DNA of 64,000 bases, taken from Octopus sinensis (lineage: Eukaryota). Every line of letters starts with the position of its first letter. Within the stretch, counting starts at the first letter, position 1. The notes beneath the pieces were generated by a model that was not told the origin of the DNA, searched no databases, and was given only the letters and a program-made list of their open reading frames with translations. The stretch lies in NCBI RefSeq assembly GCF_006345805.1, contig NC_042998.1, positions 61,380,001 to 61,444,000 of the forward strand, given 5' to 3'. This document shows positions 24,727 to 39,388 of this stretch, piece by piece. The translations under genes and the position numbers were made by a program.

Positions 24727-25700
24727 TCTGTTGATGACATTTAGTGTTAAATGAGCATGTATATAATCTTGTTCAGTAGATGAATGCCTTCCTTTTCCTC
24801 ATCCTCTCCTCATTCCATCCCCTCCCTTCTTTTTCTCTTTCTTTTTCTTTCCTCTTCTTTTCATCATCTTCATTATCATCATCGTTGTCATCATCTGTCA
24901 CAACAGCAGCTATACATCCAGTTTTTCATAATTAGACTGGTTTGATTAATTGCACCTGCTGACTTTATCTTAAAACTTATAAATCTCCGCCTCTGAGAGG
25001 AACAATTTAGAGGATTAGTATGTGGAATGGTGTGGAAGAAATCAGAAAAAGTCACCTTGTAACATCATCTATGAAGAGTTAAGTCCCAGGACAACCTGCT
25101 TTCTTTGCTTCCCATCATATTCTATTCTTTATCATAAAATTATATAAAGTGGTGTTATGTTGCCAATTTAATGTGGCAGTCCCATGAAAGGGAAGAATAT
25201 TACTGCTATTTAGCCCTAGGAAACACCGTTTCCAAGGGCTAAATAACAGTAGCATTCCTCCCTTTCATGGGACTACCACATAAAGTTGGCAACATATTTA
25301 GTGTTGCTACAGTGCTGCTACTGTATAAATCTCTATGAGAGGTTTAGAAATGCAATATTTCTATTAAATAAAATTACCTTGAAATCAATAGAATTACTTC
25401 ATAAATTCTATTGGCTGTATCTAGATATGTTTTCTTTCTTACATTTATTTTGTAACTTGAGAATCCTGGAATCACATGAATCTTTCCAAATCTTTTAAAG
25501 CTTTGTCTGACATTGACAACAAACCAAGCATTGGTAGTTAGACCAAAGCAAAATTATGCCATATACCAAGTAAATGTAAAATAGTTGTGTTCAATGATTT
25601 GAACTGATGGATATTAATTCTGTCATCTAAATCTCTTGTGAAAATGATGACACAATGAAAACTTTGAAATTAGAGAAAGAATAAAACAATACAAACGAAC

Positions 25701-25815
25701 CAGTATCTTGTTGCTATATTCGCATGACATGGAATTGTCACAGAAGTTCCTACTTTTGTCATTGGCCAGTTGAAAGATATATTGTCAGTAAATATTGTGT
25801 CTTCATTACAAATTG
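25701..25815 (-). CDS. Adhesion GPCR exon F: hormone-receptor motif (HRM), first half
   Basis: ttttacAG / GTtcgt, 115 nt, phase 1-2; (A)ICNEDTIFTDNISFNWPMTKVGTSVTIPCHANIATRY-C matches HRM pattern C..WPxTxxG..PC..ATRxC. Confidence 0.9.
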
Positions 25816-27127
25816 CTGTAAAAGAAACAAAACATGTCTTAGAGAATCCATTAAAAAAAGCACATCACACAGTTTGATTCTCTCTAGTCATGTTATTCAT
25901 AGCTCATATTCTACCTTGACAATACAGTTCTCTTACATAAGTCATATCTAGTTCCATCACATGACTTTTTGTTCCGAGGTCCCATTCCTTCAATCAAAAT
26001 TTATAATCTACGCAACTTTTATTCACAGCTATATTTTACTTTATTCTATTTGAAGTTCGATATTTCACGTTATCCCAAAGAACATCCTTAAAAGTACAAG
26101 TTAAATTTATTTAGGTCTATTACAAATTTCAACAAGTAAAACTCGCAGATATGAATAAAAGAGCACTTTTATAATCCAGGCAACTTTCAAAGACAAACAC
26201 AGCACACTTTTCACTTCCTGAAATCATCAATCAGTTCAGAATAATCAAGCCGAGAGCTAAGTTTGTGTTCAATAGATATCATAGACAATCCACAAAGTCT
26301 GGTACACGTTTGTGGTTCAATATAGAACTTTTGCAGGTACAATGTATTACCATTTTATTTGTTGAAAATTTCAGTTAACATAGTTTAATTCTTGTTCAAC
26401 ATCTTAACCAAAGTAAATAGATGATGACTCATCTATGCACTTTGATCTCAACCACAGAGGCCCCCTGTGACTGTAGGGGTTGCAAGGGCTTAGTGACGGC
26501 CCTGGTCATCTCTTCCTGTATTCTCAAAATAAAATAATCTTTTCAACAGAAACAGAAATGAAATAATTTTACCTGCAGCAAAAGTGTTTCTGAAAGCTTT
26601 TTTCAGCCTAACGGAACTTTATAAGTGAACAGCTCCATAAATGGAGTGGCATCGAGACGACTTCAATGTAAAGTTTCATCAAGCCCACACTTCATCAACA
26701 CTCACATTTTAGTTGGCAAACTGTTTTTAGACTCCAATTCTAGCCCTAAATATCTACTACTACTACTACTACTATTAAGTTTTTCGACAACAATGCCATT
26801 CTGTACAGCACCGCCAATTTTCAACCTGTTTGTGCCTCTCTCTGCCCGGTAAAATGTTAACATTTACTTTTTCTTTTCCTACTTTCATGATTTTTATTTT
26901 CTTACAGTTGAGTTAGAGGTCATGTACATCTGATACCTTCTAGACTTTATTTATCATTTCTTGTAGTCTAGCAAAGGAGACTGGTAGAATCAGTATCAGG
27001 CTTAAGAAAAAATAAGTTCTGAGGATGATTCATTTAACTAAAGATTTTCAAGATGATGCTCCAGCATGGCCACAGTCTAATGACATAAATGAATAAGAAA
27101 TACAAGGTATATATATACATATATATA

Positions 27128-28866
27128 TCATCATCATCATTGTTTAACGTCCGCTTTTATGGGTGCTTTTATGTGCCAGCATGAGGGCCAGTGAGGTGGT
27201 ACTGGCAATGGCCATGCTCAAATGGTATTTTTTACATACCACCTGCACAGGAGCCAGTCCAGCAGCACTGACAATGACCTTGCCCGAATATTTTTTTATG
27301 TGCCACTGGCATTTTTACGTGCCACTGGCATGGAAGCCAGTCAGCAGCTCTGGCAATGATCACACTCAGATGGTGCTCTTAGTGCTCCACTGGCATGAGT
27401 GCCAGTCACCGAAATTGAGCAGAGTTAGGTGCTCAATGAAGGAAAGATATGCATAAGTGGGCTGGTTACACCCCTGGCGAAGGCCATGGATTATGGTCTC
27501 ACTTGGCTTGCTGGGTCTTCTCATGCACAGCATATTTCCAAAGGTCTTGGTCACTAGTCATTGCCTCAGTGAGGCCTAATGTTCGAAGGTCATGCTTCAC
27601 CACCTCATCCCAGGTCTTCCTGGGTCTACTTCTTCCACAAGTTCCCTCAACTGCTAGGGTGTGGCACTTTTCACACAGCTATCTTCATCCATTCTCACTA
27701 CATGACCATACCAGCACAGTCATCTCTCTTGCACATCAATTCTGATGCTTCTTAGGCCCAACTTTTCTCTCAAGGTACTTACATTCTGTTGAGTATGCAC
27801 AATAACATTACACATCCATCGGAGCATACTGGCTTCATTCCTTGCGAGCTTACACATGTCCTTAGTAGTCACAGCCCATGCTTCACTGCCATGTAGCATG
27901 GCTGTTCGTACACATGCATCATACAGTCTGAGCGAGAGGCCCTTTGTCACCAGCAGGGGTAAGAGCTCTCTGAACTTTGCCCAGGCTATTCTTATTCTAG
28001 CAACTACACTTTCAGTGCACTCTCCTGCTACTGATTTGGTCACCTAGGTAACGGAAGCTATCAGCTACTTCTAGTTTTTCTCCCTGGAATGTGGCAGAAG
28101 TTGGTCTCTTCACATTTTCAGTGTTTATTGCTCCTGAGCATCTGCCACATACAAAATCTATCTTCTCAGTTAGCATTCATTTGATATTGCTGCACCTCTT
28201 ATGTGTTCATAGCTTACACTGGGTACATCTTATAGAGTTTCTACCTACGTCTTTTCTAAAGATTGAGCAGGGCCATCTACCTGAAGGGATTTGTAGTTTG
28301 TCTGCCTTCCAACATATTAAGGAATTTGGTTTTAGCTAGATTGACTCTAAGACCCGTCGATTCTAATCCTTGCTTTCACACCTGAAACTTTTCTTCTAGT
28401 TCTGATAGTAACTCTGCAATTAGAGCAAGGTCATCAGCATAAAGGAGCTCTCAGGGGTATCCTGTCTTGAATTCCTCTGTTATTGCCTAGAGGACTATGA
28501 TAAATCGGAGGGGGATGAGGACTGAACCTTGATGGACCCCTACTTCTACTCGGAATTCTTCACTGTACTCGTTGCCAACCCTCACCTTACTGACAGCGTC
28601 CCTCTATTTGGCTTGCACAGCTCTCACTAACCATTTATCTATCCCTAGTTTCCTCACTGACCACCAGATAAGGGATTGGGGACCCTGTCAAAGGCTTTAT
28701 CCATGTCAACGGAAGCCAGGTACAGAGGTTTATCTTTGGCTAGGTATTTCTCCTGCAGCTGTCTTACTAGAAATATAGCATCAGTGGTGCTTTTTCCTGG
28801 CATGAACCCAAACTGCATCTAATCTAAACTGACTCTCTCCCTAATTAGTTGGGCTATGACCCTCTT

Positions 28867-28870
<4 letters not shown>
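27128..28870 (-). mobile_element. RTE-clade LINE 3' half, degenerate
   Basis: ORF 27720-28043 RIRIAWAKFRELLPLLVTKGLSLR..MLHGSEAW; RT motifs GVHQGSVLIP and LLYADDLAL on the minus strand. Confidence 0.9.
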
Positions 28871-28913
<43 letters not shown>

Positions 28914-29111
28914 ATATATAGGTGCAGGAGTGGCTGTGTGGTAAGTAGCGTGCTTACCAACCACATGGATCTGGGTTCAGTCCCACTGTGTGGCACCTGG
29001 GGCAAGTGTCTTCTACTATAGCCTCGGGCTGACCAAAGCTCTGTGAGTGGATTTAGTAGATAGAAACTGAAAGAAGCTCATCGTTTATATGTATGTATAT
29101 ATATATATATA

Positions 29112-29144
<33 letters not shown>

Positions 29145-29796
29145 GCCAGTGGAACATTAAAAGCACATCTGAGTGTGATCGTTGCCAGCATCGCTTTACC
29201 AGCACATTCATGTATGGTCATTGCCAGTGCTGCCGGACTGGCTCTCATGCAGGTAGCACATAAAATACCTTTTGAGCATGGTTGTTGCCAGAACTCTCTT
29301 ACTGGCCCTTGTGCCGGTGGCATGTAAAAGCACCCACTACACTCTCAGAGTTGATGATGTTGGGAAGGTCATCCAGCTGTAGAAACTTTGCCAGATCAGA
29401 TTAAGCCTGGTGCAGCCTCTGGTTCACCAGTCCTCAGTGAAACCATCCAACCCATGCCAGCATGGAAAGCGGACGGTAAACAATGATGATGATGATGATG
29501 ATGATGATACATATATGTGTGTATATGTTTGTGTGTTTGTGTTTGCCCCCCCCAACATTTCTTGACAACTGATGCTAGTGTGTTTACATCCCTGTAACTT
29601 TGTGGTTCAGCAAAAGAGACCGATATAATAAGTACTAGGTTTACAAAGAATAAGCCCTGGGGTTGATTTGCTTGACTAAAGGCGGTGCTCCAGCATGGTC
29701 GCAGTGAAATGACTGAAACAGGTAAAAGAATATATATACATATGGTGCTCCATCATGGCCGCAGTCAAATGACTGAAACAAGTAAAAGAGTAAAAG

Positions 29797-29827
<31 letters not shown>

Positions 29828-30047
29828 TTATATACATGCTCAGGCGTGGCATATAGATGCAGGTGTGGCATATAGGCATAGGCGTGACTGTATGGTAAGA
29901 AGCTTGATTCCCAACCACATAGTTCTGGGTTCAGTCCCACTGTATGATACCTTGAGCAAGTGTCTTCTTCTATAGCCTTGGGCCGAATAAAGCTTTGTGA
30001 GTGGATTTGCTAGATGGAAACGGAAAGAAGCCCATCGTATATATCTG

Positions 30048-30082
<35 letters not shown>

Positions 30083-30708
30083 TTGTTCCCACTGTCACCG
30101 GTTGTCAACTGGTGTTGGTGTGTTTATGTTCCTGTAACATTGTGGTTTGGCAAAACAGACTGATAGAGTAGGTACCAGGCTTAAAAAGAAAAAAGTAAAA
30201 AGCACTGGGGTTGATACATTCAACTATAAATTCTTCAAGGCAATGCCCCAGCATGGCCACAGTCTAATGGCTGAAACAATTAAAAGATAAAAGATATATA
30301 TATATATTCTTTTTTTCTTTTATTTGTTTCAGTCATTTGACTGCAGCCATGCTGGAGCACCACCTTTTAGTCAAACAAATTGACCCCAGGACTTATTCTA
30401 TGTAAGCCTGGTGCTTATTTCATCGGTCTCTTTGCTGAACCGCTAAGTTATGGGGATGTAAACACACCAACATCAGTTGTCAAGTGATGGTGAGGGGACA
30501 AACACACACACACACACACAAGCACACATACACACACACATTCACACACATATATACGATGGGCTTCTTTCTGTTTCCATTTACGAAATCCACTCACAAA
30601 GCTTTATTTGGCCCAAGCTGTAGAAGAAGACACTAGCCCAAGGTATCATACAGTGGGACTGAACCCAGAACCATGTGGTTGGGAAGCAAGCTACTTACCA
30701 CACACACA

Positions 30709-32242
30709 TCAATATCTATAAATCTGAAATGCGAAAAGTTTGTTTGTCTGGTTTTGGCATTGGAACGGGTTAAAGACCACTATATCCCGTCGGATTGACT
30801 TCATAATTTACAGTGACATGTAAAATGAAGTGAGGATGTCAGTGGGCTAGATTAGAAATCCCTATCTCAAAAGGTGTCGTTACTAGGGCAAAAAACGCAC
30901 ACTTTGACAAGTCTCCTCTCATTCTCTTATCACGCCTGTCTTCCTCCTCTCTCTCTTTCCTCCCCTCCTTTCACTCTTTCTTTCACATCCTATCTCTCTC
31001 TCTCTCTACGTCTGCCTGCATTCATAGAGAGAATTATTATCGCCACCACCACCACACAACCACGAGAACAAATATTATGAATCAGATATTTATTGGGTTA
31101 ATTTGTATATGTGTGTGTGTGTTCTATATATAAATATGTATATATAATGTATATATACAAAGTGTATATATCTGTATTTATATATATATATATATATGTA
31201 CATATATATATATCTTTACTCTTTAGTCTTTTACTTGTTTCAGTCATTTGACTGCGGCCATGCTGGAGCACCGCTTTTTAGTCAAGCAAATCGACCCCAG
31301 GACTTATTCTTTGTAAGCCCAGTACTTATTCTATCAGTCTCTTTTGCTGAACCGCTATGTTACAGGGATGTAAACACACCACCATCGGTTGTCAAGCAAT
31401 GGTGGGGGGACAAACAGAGACACACAAACATATACACACATACATATACATACATATATACGACGGGCTTCTTCCAGTTTCCGTCTGTCAAATCCACTCA
31501 CAAGGCTTTGGTCGGCCTGAGGCTATAGTAGAAGACAGTTGCCCATGCAGTGGGAATGAACCCAGAACCATGTAGTTGGTAAGCAAGCTACTTACCACAC
31601 TGCCACTCCTGCACCTGTGTATACATTTGTATATATAATGCGTACACACACACACACACATCAATATCTATAAATCTGAAATGGTAAAAGCTTGTTTGTC
31701 TGGTTTCGGCATTGGAACGGGATAAAGGCCACTAGATCCCATCGGATTGACTTCAAAATTTACAGGGACATGTAAAATGAGGTGAGGATGTTAGTGGGCT
31801 AGCATAGAAATCTCTATCTTAAAAGGTGTTGTTACTAGGGCAAAAAACGCACACTTTGACAAGTCTCCTCTCATTCTCTTATCTGCATGTCTTCCTCCAT
31901 CTCTCTCTGTTTCCTCCCTTCCCATCACCTTCTCTCAATAACGACATTTGACAGATACTACTATTTTTCCCCCTGCCGCCTTCGCCAGTGCTGTCCCTCT
32001 TTTCCCCCACTGCCTCCCTCTCTCTCTGTATATCTGTCTGCATTCATGGAGAGTTTTATTATCGCCACCACCACCACACAATCATGAGAACAAATATTAT
32101 GAATCAGATATTTATTGGGTTAATTTATATATGTGTGTGTGTGCTATATATAAATATGTATATATAATGTATATATACAATGTGTATATATCTGTATGTA
32201 TATGTATATATATAATTTGTATACATTTGTATATATAATGCG

Positions 32243-32273
<31 letters not shown>

Positions 32274-33196
32274 CTTCGTTTAGCGTCCGCTTTCCATGCT
32301 AGCATTGGTTATATATATATAATGTGTGCATTATGTGCTCAGTTGAGCTGAAAATATGCACACCTATGTTAAAAGTGCTGGTGAGTGTGCATGACAACTA
32401 TTTTTTTCCTCAAATGAAAGGCATGACCTCTAGGACAAAATTCCTCATCTTATAAAATGTGGCCCAAATAGACCTGAATGAAATCGAGTTATATTAACCA
32501 AAATGTGAAAAGGGGTCTAAATGGGGCTGGAAGGGGATTAAAATTTACAGGAGTGGGTGTTTAGGAATTTTCTGTTACATCAAGCTAAAAAATTTGCACC
32601 AGCCTTTAAATCTTTAATGTGTTTGCCGTCCATGATGAAGAAGTTTTGAATGCTTGCCATGGTGAGTCTAATGTTATGAGAAAGAATCACTTCAAAACTT
32701 GGTGTTTAGGAATTTTCTTTTACATGAAGTTCAAAATTTTACGCCAGCCATTAAACTGCCACTATGTTGCTGTCCGTCATTAAGAAATGCCAGCCATGGT
32801 GACTCTACTATCCTCAGATTCTATCCCTTCAAACTTTGGTTTCCAATATTTTTTTTTATTCAGCTCGCAAGTTCATCTGTACCTTTTAAATGTTTTGCTG
32901 TCTGCCTTGAAGCAGGCCTTTCCGTTGTCACTGCCTGATATTTATGATTGATCTTTCAAAATATTTCTTTCTCAACTTACTCAAGATCTTTTGTTGTTTA
33001 TAAATGGGAGAGAGATAGATAGAGAAAGATAGAGAGTAAGAGAAAGCGAGGGAGAGTCCGAGAGAAAGGAAGAGTAAGAGAGTGGGAAAGTGAGAGAGAA
33101 AGGAGAGAGAAACAAAGAGGGAGAATGTGGTGATAAAAAACAGAAAGTAACAACTACACTCTTACCCGTGCGTAGAGTGGGTCAACTTAAGCTAGT
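30709..33196 (+). mobile_element. Helitron-like element with duplicated 5' part (30709-31175 and 31661-32195)
   Basis: Two copies of TCAATATCTATAAATCTGAAATG..TGTTTGTCTG; 3' hairpin ACCCGTGCGTAGAGTGGGT followed by GCTAG-T at 33196. Confidence 0.6.
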
Positions 33197-34003
33197 ATAT
33201 ATATATATATGACTTAGATAGCTGAGATTTATTTCAGCCATAACTAACTCAATAGCATCACCTGGAAAAGTCTTTTAATTAATTATTTCGGGGCACCATG
33301 GACTACTCATACAGGGGTTGTTGGCTGAGACGTATCCAGGCATAGGTGGTTTATCAAGTATTTCCAGGAAGAATTTGTCCAGGTACCATTTGAAAGTTGT
33401 GGGGTCTTCTTCTACTTTAATTGCTTTCAGAATAACATTGAAAAGTGCAGTATATATATTATATGTTCTTTTCTGTTATTCTACTTGTTTCAGTCATTTG
33501 ACTGCAGCCATGCTGGAGCACTACCTTTAGTCAAACAAATCAACCCCAGGACTTATTCTTTGGAAGCCTAGTACTTATTCTATTGGTTTCTATTGCTGAA
33601 CCGCTAAGTTACAGGAACATAAATACACCAGCATTGATTGTCAAGCGATGTTGGGGTGACAAACACAGACACACAAACACACACACACACACACACACAT
33701 ATATGATGGGCTTCTTTCAGTTTCCATCTACCAAATCCATTCACAAGGCTTTGGTTTGCCTGAAGCAATAGTAGAAGACACTTGCCCAAGGTACCTCACA
33801 GTGGGATTGAACCTGGAACCATGTGGCTGGTAAGCAAGGTACTTACCATATAGCAACTCCTGCACCTATATAAATATAATATATATATGAGTGTGTGTGT
33901 GTGTCTTTGTGTTTGTATTTTATTAATGCTATCACCTTGTGCTGATAATTATATGATGATGATGATGAGATAAAAATGATTAGCAACGCACTGCTTCTTT
34001 CAC

Positions 34004-34152
34004 CAATTATTTCCGTGTTATGTTGATCAAGCCCCAAATTATGCAATGTCTGCGATGTATTCAGAATATCACGAATATTCTGCTCAACTTGATCTTTGAT
34101 TTTGTTTTGTACTGCACAATATATTGTAAATATTTCTTTATTTGATTGCATT
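34004..34152 (-). CDS. Adhesion GPCR exon E (C-terminal part of SEA-like domain)
   Basis: atttcAG / GTgaaa, 149 nt, phase 2-1; MQSNKEIFTIYCAVQNKIKDQVEQNIRDILNTSQTLHNLGLDQHNTEII. Confidence 0.8.
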
Positions 34153-35634
34153 CTGAAATAAGATTAAAAAATAAAAATAATTAGTTTTAACAACACTCGC
34201 AAGATTTTTAGTATATGCGACCCTACCTAGATGGTTAAAATAAGCTGGTCTTGTTTTAGTAACAGAAATCTAAATTTTATTGTTATATAACACTAATGGT
34301 GAGCTGACAGCATCATTAGCATCTCGGGCGAAATACTTTGCAGTATTTTGCCCGGCTTTATGTTTTTAGTTCAAATTCTGCTGAGGTCAATTTTCCTTTT
34401 CATCCTTTTAAGACTTATAAAAAAAAGGACCAGTTGAACACTAGGGTCTATGCAATCGATTTAACTACTCCTGGTTATTAAGTATAAAAACTGTATCCCA
34501 CTGCTAAGACATGTTGAGCCAGTGTTGCTGAGTAGGCTCATCAAACCACTATGATCTCAAGCTTAAATTTACAGCCTTCACATCAGAACAAGCTTGGTGG
34601 AGAGAATACACTGAGGACTACAGTGGATTGAACATTGCCTATTAAATCCAATCCAATGACACTGACAACTGAAAGTCCTTTCTAGTAAAGGCACAAGAAG
34701 TGAAATTTGTAGGGTGATGGAGCCAGTTGATTAGAATGGCTCCCATATGTAACTGGTACTTAATTTATCGACCCTAAAAGGATGAAAAGCAAAGTCAACC
34801 TCAACGGAATTTGAACTCAGAATGTAGCAGCAGACGGAATACCTATTTCTTTACTACCCACAAGGGGCTAAACACAGAGAGGACAAACAAGAACAGACAA
34901 ATGGATTAAGTCGATTATATCGACCCCAGTGCATAACTGGTACTTATTTAATTGACCCCCAAAAGGATGAAAGGCAAAGTCGACCTCAACAGAATTTGAA
35001 CTCAGAATGTAGCAGCAGATGGAATACCACTAAGCACTTTGCCCAGCATGCTTACAATTCTGTCAGCTCGCAGCCCTGACAACTGAAAGTCCTGACAGAC
35101 CTTTATCTGCTGATAATGAAAGCCACTTTAACAAGACTGATATGTGTCAACCAGGACTTCTCAACTTAACTTTGGTATAGCCACTATCTCAGACAAAAAA
35201 AGAAGTATCCTAGATTGCAGGAAGGGATCACTCGGCTAATTAGCAGAAAGTCACTTGCAGACATATTCTAGCCTCTGTGTACTTTCCTTTTTCTGCCTTT
35301 CTACTGCTGCTTGAATAAAGTTTTCTCATTGGAGATGGCTGGACTCATGCCACCATCATTCAACCATTTTTCTCCCATTTGTCCCCCCCCACACACACAC
35401 ACATTCATCACCTTTGTTGTTTACAATCCTCCAGGCCCTGAGCTAATCAATACACCCAACCCTTCCTTCCTAGAACGACCCTGTAATTTCCTCCCTCCTC
35501 ATGTCTTTGCTGCACTCATTGACTTGAAAATAGCATCAAACTCACCAGCTCAGGAGGGCATACAAATCTCAATGGCTCTACTCACCTTCTCTCAGATTTA
35601 GTAAGTTAAAAAAACCTACAAAAACTACACCCCT

Positions 35635-38228
35635 TATTTTTCGAGCACTATCCAGAGTATTCAAGCAGTTCCAAGCAGTGCTGTTTTCTGTAAGTGCTCC
35701 ACCCTTATTGCAGCCTCTATTTGTTCCATGTACTTCTCAAGATTTTTACTCACTGTTCCCAGGGCTCCAACAATTATTGGTACCACTACCACCTTTTTCA
35801 GCGACCACAACTGCTTAACCTCCCAAGCTAAACTGTTATATCTATCGACTTTTATTTCTTCCTTATTGCATACCTTGTTGTCAGCTGGACATACTATATC
35901 TATGATCCAGCATTGTTTGCTTTCTTTCTCAATTAATACTATGTCTGGTTTCTTATTCACATTATTATTATTATTATCATTCAGTAGACTTATTTTTATC
36001 CCGTGCTTTCATTGCACAACCGAGTGCAGCTCTGTGTGCCTTGGGTATGTGCTATGGTTTGTTGTGATGCTCTTATGGTTACTGTATTGAAAGTGTTTTA
36101 TGTAGGATGTATGCAGTGCCTAGTAGTGCTATTTTTTGTATGTTATATATATTTGTTAGTCCTGGTGTTTTTATTATATATTTGTCTGAATATTTTTAGC
36201 ATACCTAATGTACCTATTATGACAGGAATTGTTTCTGTTTTAAGACTCCTCATTCAAGTTACCACTATTTCCAGGTCTTTGTATTTTAAAATTTTTTCGT
36301 TTCTTTTTGAGAAACATTGTCATCTGTTGGTATTGATACATCAATCAGAAAGCATTTTTTTCCTCATGATCTCTGACAACTATATCCAGCCTATTGGCCT
36401 TAATTTCTCTATCTGTGTGTATTGGCATATCCCACAGTATAGTTGCTTTCTGATTTTCTGTGATCTTTTCTGGTGTGTGCCTCTACCGTCTTTTTTCTGT
36501 TGTTATTCCATAGTGTTGGTAAAGCTTCCTGTGTATATAGGTACCAACTCTGTCGTGTCTGGGAATATATTGCTTCTTAGCCAGGACTGGGCAGCCAGAG
36601 ACAATATGGTTTATTGTTTCTTATCCATCTCCACATATTCTGCAGTTACTTGTTATGTTTCTTTCATAATATGTTTTTGGTAATTTCTGGTGGGGAGGTT
36701 TTGATCTTGTGCTGCAATTAAAAAACTTTCAGTCTCTGCTTTGAGTCCTGAGCTTCTCAGCCATTGTTGGTTTTTGCTTAGTCTATTTCTTTTGTGTTTA
36801 GTTTAGTCCAGTATTTGGCATAAAGGGGCTTTTCTTACCATCGTTTTATCATGATCCATTGCTGTTCCAGTTTTAGTTTGGATTTCATTTGTTTTACAGC
36901 TTTTGTTGTTTCTTCTTTTCCTTCATTGTTGTTGGGTACTATGACTTCTTTTTTATATTTATCAGCTTCCTTAAAGACTAAAAACAGTTTTTTGCTTTGT
37001 TCATGCTTTCAGGCTCTGCTATTTGCATTAGTTTTCCTTGCTTCTGAAGTAGCTATTTTTGTAGACCTATGGTGGTTATTTTGTAATAGTTTTCTAGCTG
37101 CATAAGACCTCTGCCACCTTCTATACATTGTATATATAACTTTTCTATGTCAGATTTAGGGTGGTGCATCCTAAGTCCTGTCATTATTTTTCTTATTTTC
37201 CTGTCTATTTTGATTAGTTCATTTAGTGTCCTGTTAAGGATATTGTAGCTGTAACTTATAATTGCAATGGCTAGAGTGTTGATACCTATTATCATGTTTT
37301 TCGTCTATAGTATTCTTTTTATTTTCTCTTTCTTTTGTGTATGTTGTGTGTATTCATTGATTCCTAAGTATTATTTCATTTGCTTTATCTAGTATGATGT
37401 TGCTACTCTTCACTAGTTTTCCTCATTTCAAGGTTGCTTTGGCACATTTTCTTCTAAGCCAAATTTCATGTATATTTCTTTGATAAATCCATGTACTGCC
37501 TGTAGTAATGTTTCCAGCTGTTTATCTTTTGTAGTGTACAGTCTTAGGCCATCCATATATAAGAGGTGGCTGATTGTTTTGCCGTAACAGTTGTATCCAC
37601 AGCCAGTTCTGGTTAGCATGTCAGATAAAGGTGTCAGTGCCAAGCAGAAAAGGAGTGGAGAGAGTGAGTCTCTCTGGAATATTCCTCTTCTAATGGGATG
37701 GCTTTGGTTTTTATGAGTCCCTCTTTTATCTGGAGCTGTAGCACTGTCTGCCATTTATTCATGGAATGTGCTATATTATTTTATGATTATTGGTGCTACC
37801 TTGTTCATGGCTAGTGTTTCTAGGATCCATGTGTTGGGAATACTATTAAAAGCCTTTCGGTAATTGATCCAGGCCATACTTAAACCCTTCTTCTTTCTGT
37901 GACTGTCTTCAGTTATGGTTTTATTGATCATTAGCTGATTTTTACAGCTGTATGAGCCCTTCCAGCATCCCTACGGCTCTTCTAGAAACAGGTTGTTTTC
38001 TTCCAAATACTTGCTCATCCTCTGCAATATTATTGTAGTAAAGGCTCTGTAAATTGCAGGGAGACAAGTTATTGGTCTGTAATTTTGTGAGTTTGCTGTT
38101 TCAGTGGATTTATTTGGGAATTAGAATAGTTTTCCTTCCCGTGAGCCATTCAGGCATTGTCTCTGGCTCTGCTAGTATGTCATTAAATTTCTTAGCCAGC
38201 TTTTTATGTGTTCCTGTCAGATATTTTA

Positions 38229-38260
<32 letters not shown>

Positions 38261-38660
38261 GCCTTTGCATAGCTTCTAACACTGGAGATGTATTACAGTG
38301 TCAGCTGTTCACTACCAGTGAACTAAGGTAACACCTCTTATTTTTTGAGCACCTTCCAGAGTATTTGAGCGGTTCCAAGCAGTGCTGTTTTCTGCAAGTG
38401 CTCCACCCTTATTGCAGCCCCTATTTGTTTCACGTACTTCTCGAGAATTTTGCTCACTGTTCCCAGGGCTCCGACAATAATTGTTACTACTGCTACCTTT
38501 TTCATCGACCACAACTGCTTAACTTCCCAAGCTAACCGGTCACATCTCTTGACTTTTCTTTCTTCCTTATCGCATACCTTGTTGTCAGCTGGGCATGCTA
38601 TATCTATGACTCAGCATACTTTGTTTGAGCATGCTATATCTGTGATACAGCATAGTTTGA
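35635..38660 (-). mobile_element. R4/Dong-like non-LTR retrotransposon fragments with restriction-like endonuclease, in (TAA)n
   Basis: KPDIVLIEKESKQCWIIDIVCPAD RLE motif (35661-35960, second copy 38312-38640); RT motifs RRGIFQRDSLSPLLF and ISHLLYMD (37428-37754); segments bounded by (ATT)n. Confidence 0.85.
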
Positions 38661-38671
38661 TTATTATTATT

Positions 38672-38703
<32 letters not shown>

Positions 38704-38753
38704 TATTATTATTATTATTATTATTATCATTATTATTATTATTATTATTATTA

Positions 38754-38802
<49 letters not shown>

Positions 38803-38873
38803 TAGTAGTCATTGTCATCGTCATCGTCATCATAGTAGTAGTAGTAGAAGTAGTAGTAGTAGTAGTAGTAGTA
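38659..38873. repeat. Compound (ATT)/(ATC)/(AGT) microsatellite
   Basis: Directly visible. Confidence 0.95.
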
Positions 38874-39388
38874 AGACTGTGAGCTGGGTGATTTGTTTGC
38901 ATGCTAGGCAAGATGTTTTGCAACATTTTATCCATCTTTGCATTCTGAGTTCATATTCCTCCAAGGTTGACTTTACCTTTCATTCTTTCAGAATCAAAAA
39001 AATAAGTGCCAGTTCAATACTGGGGGTTAATGTAATAACTTACCCACAACCCGAATTTGCTGGCCTTGTGCCAAAATTTGAAACCGACATTATTATAATT
39101 ATTATCAAGAGGGAAGTGCGGTCCTCCAGTGAGTGGATTGAGAGGTGGGTGAAAGTAGCAAAAATGGCAAGAGTTGATGGTACCTCTCTAAGAGTAGCTC
39201 TGTGAGTCAGAGAAGGGAAACCCTAATCCTTGGTGTCCAGTAGGATTCCTTGATCATCCCTAGAGGATTATCCTTGTTCAGGACTGCATATGTTCTGTAG
39301 AATAGTTAATAATATTAATAACAATAAAGAGAACGGAGATTTTTCACATCCATAATTTCACTTAACAGCTATTTACAGTATATTTTCT

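Noticed and set aside
26573-26700. Donor-like CAG|gtaaaa suggesting an additional exon
   Set aside because: No convincing acceptor or protein similarity, and exons E and F already join in phase
36003-36683. 226-aa hydrophobic plus-strand ORF
   Set aside because: Antisense to the A-rich R4/Dong-like element; compositional artefact
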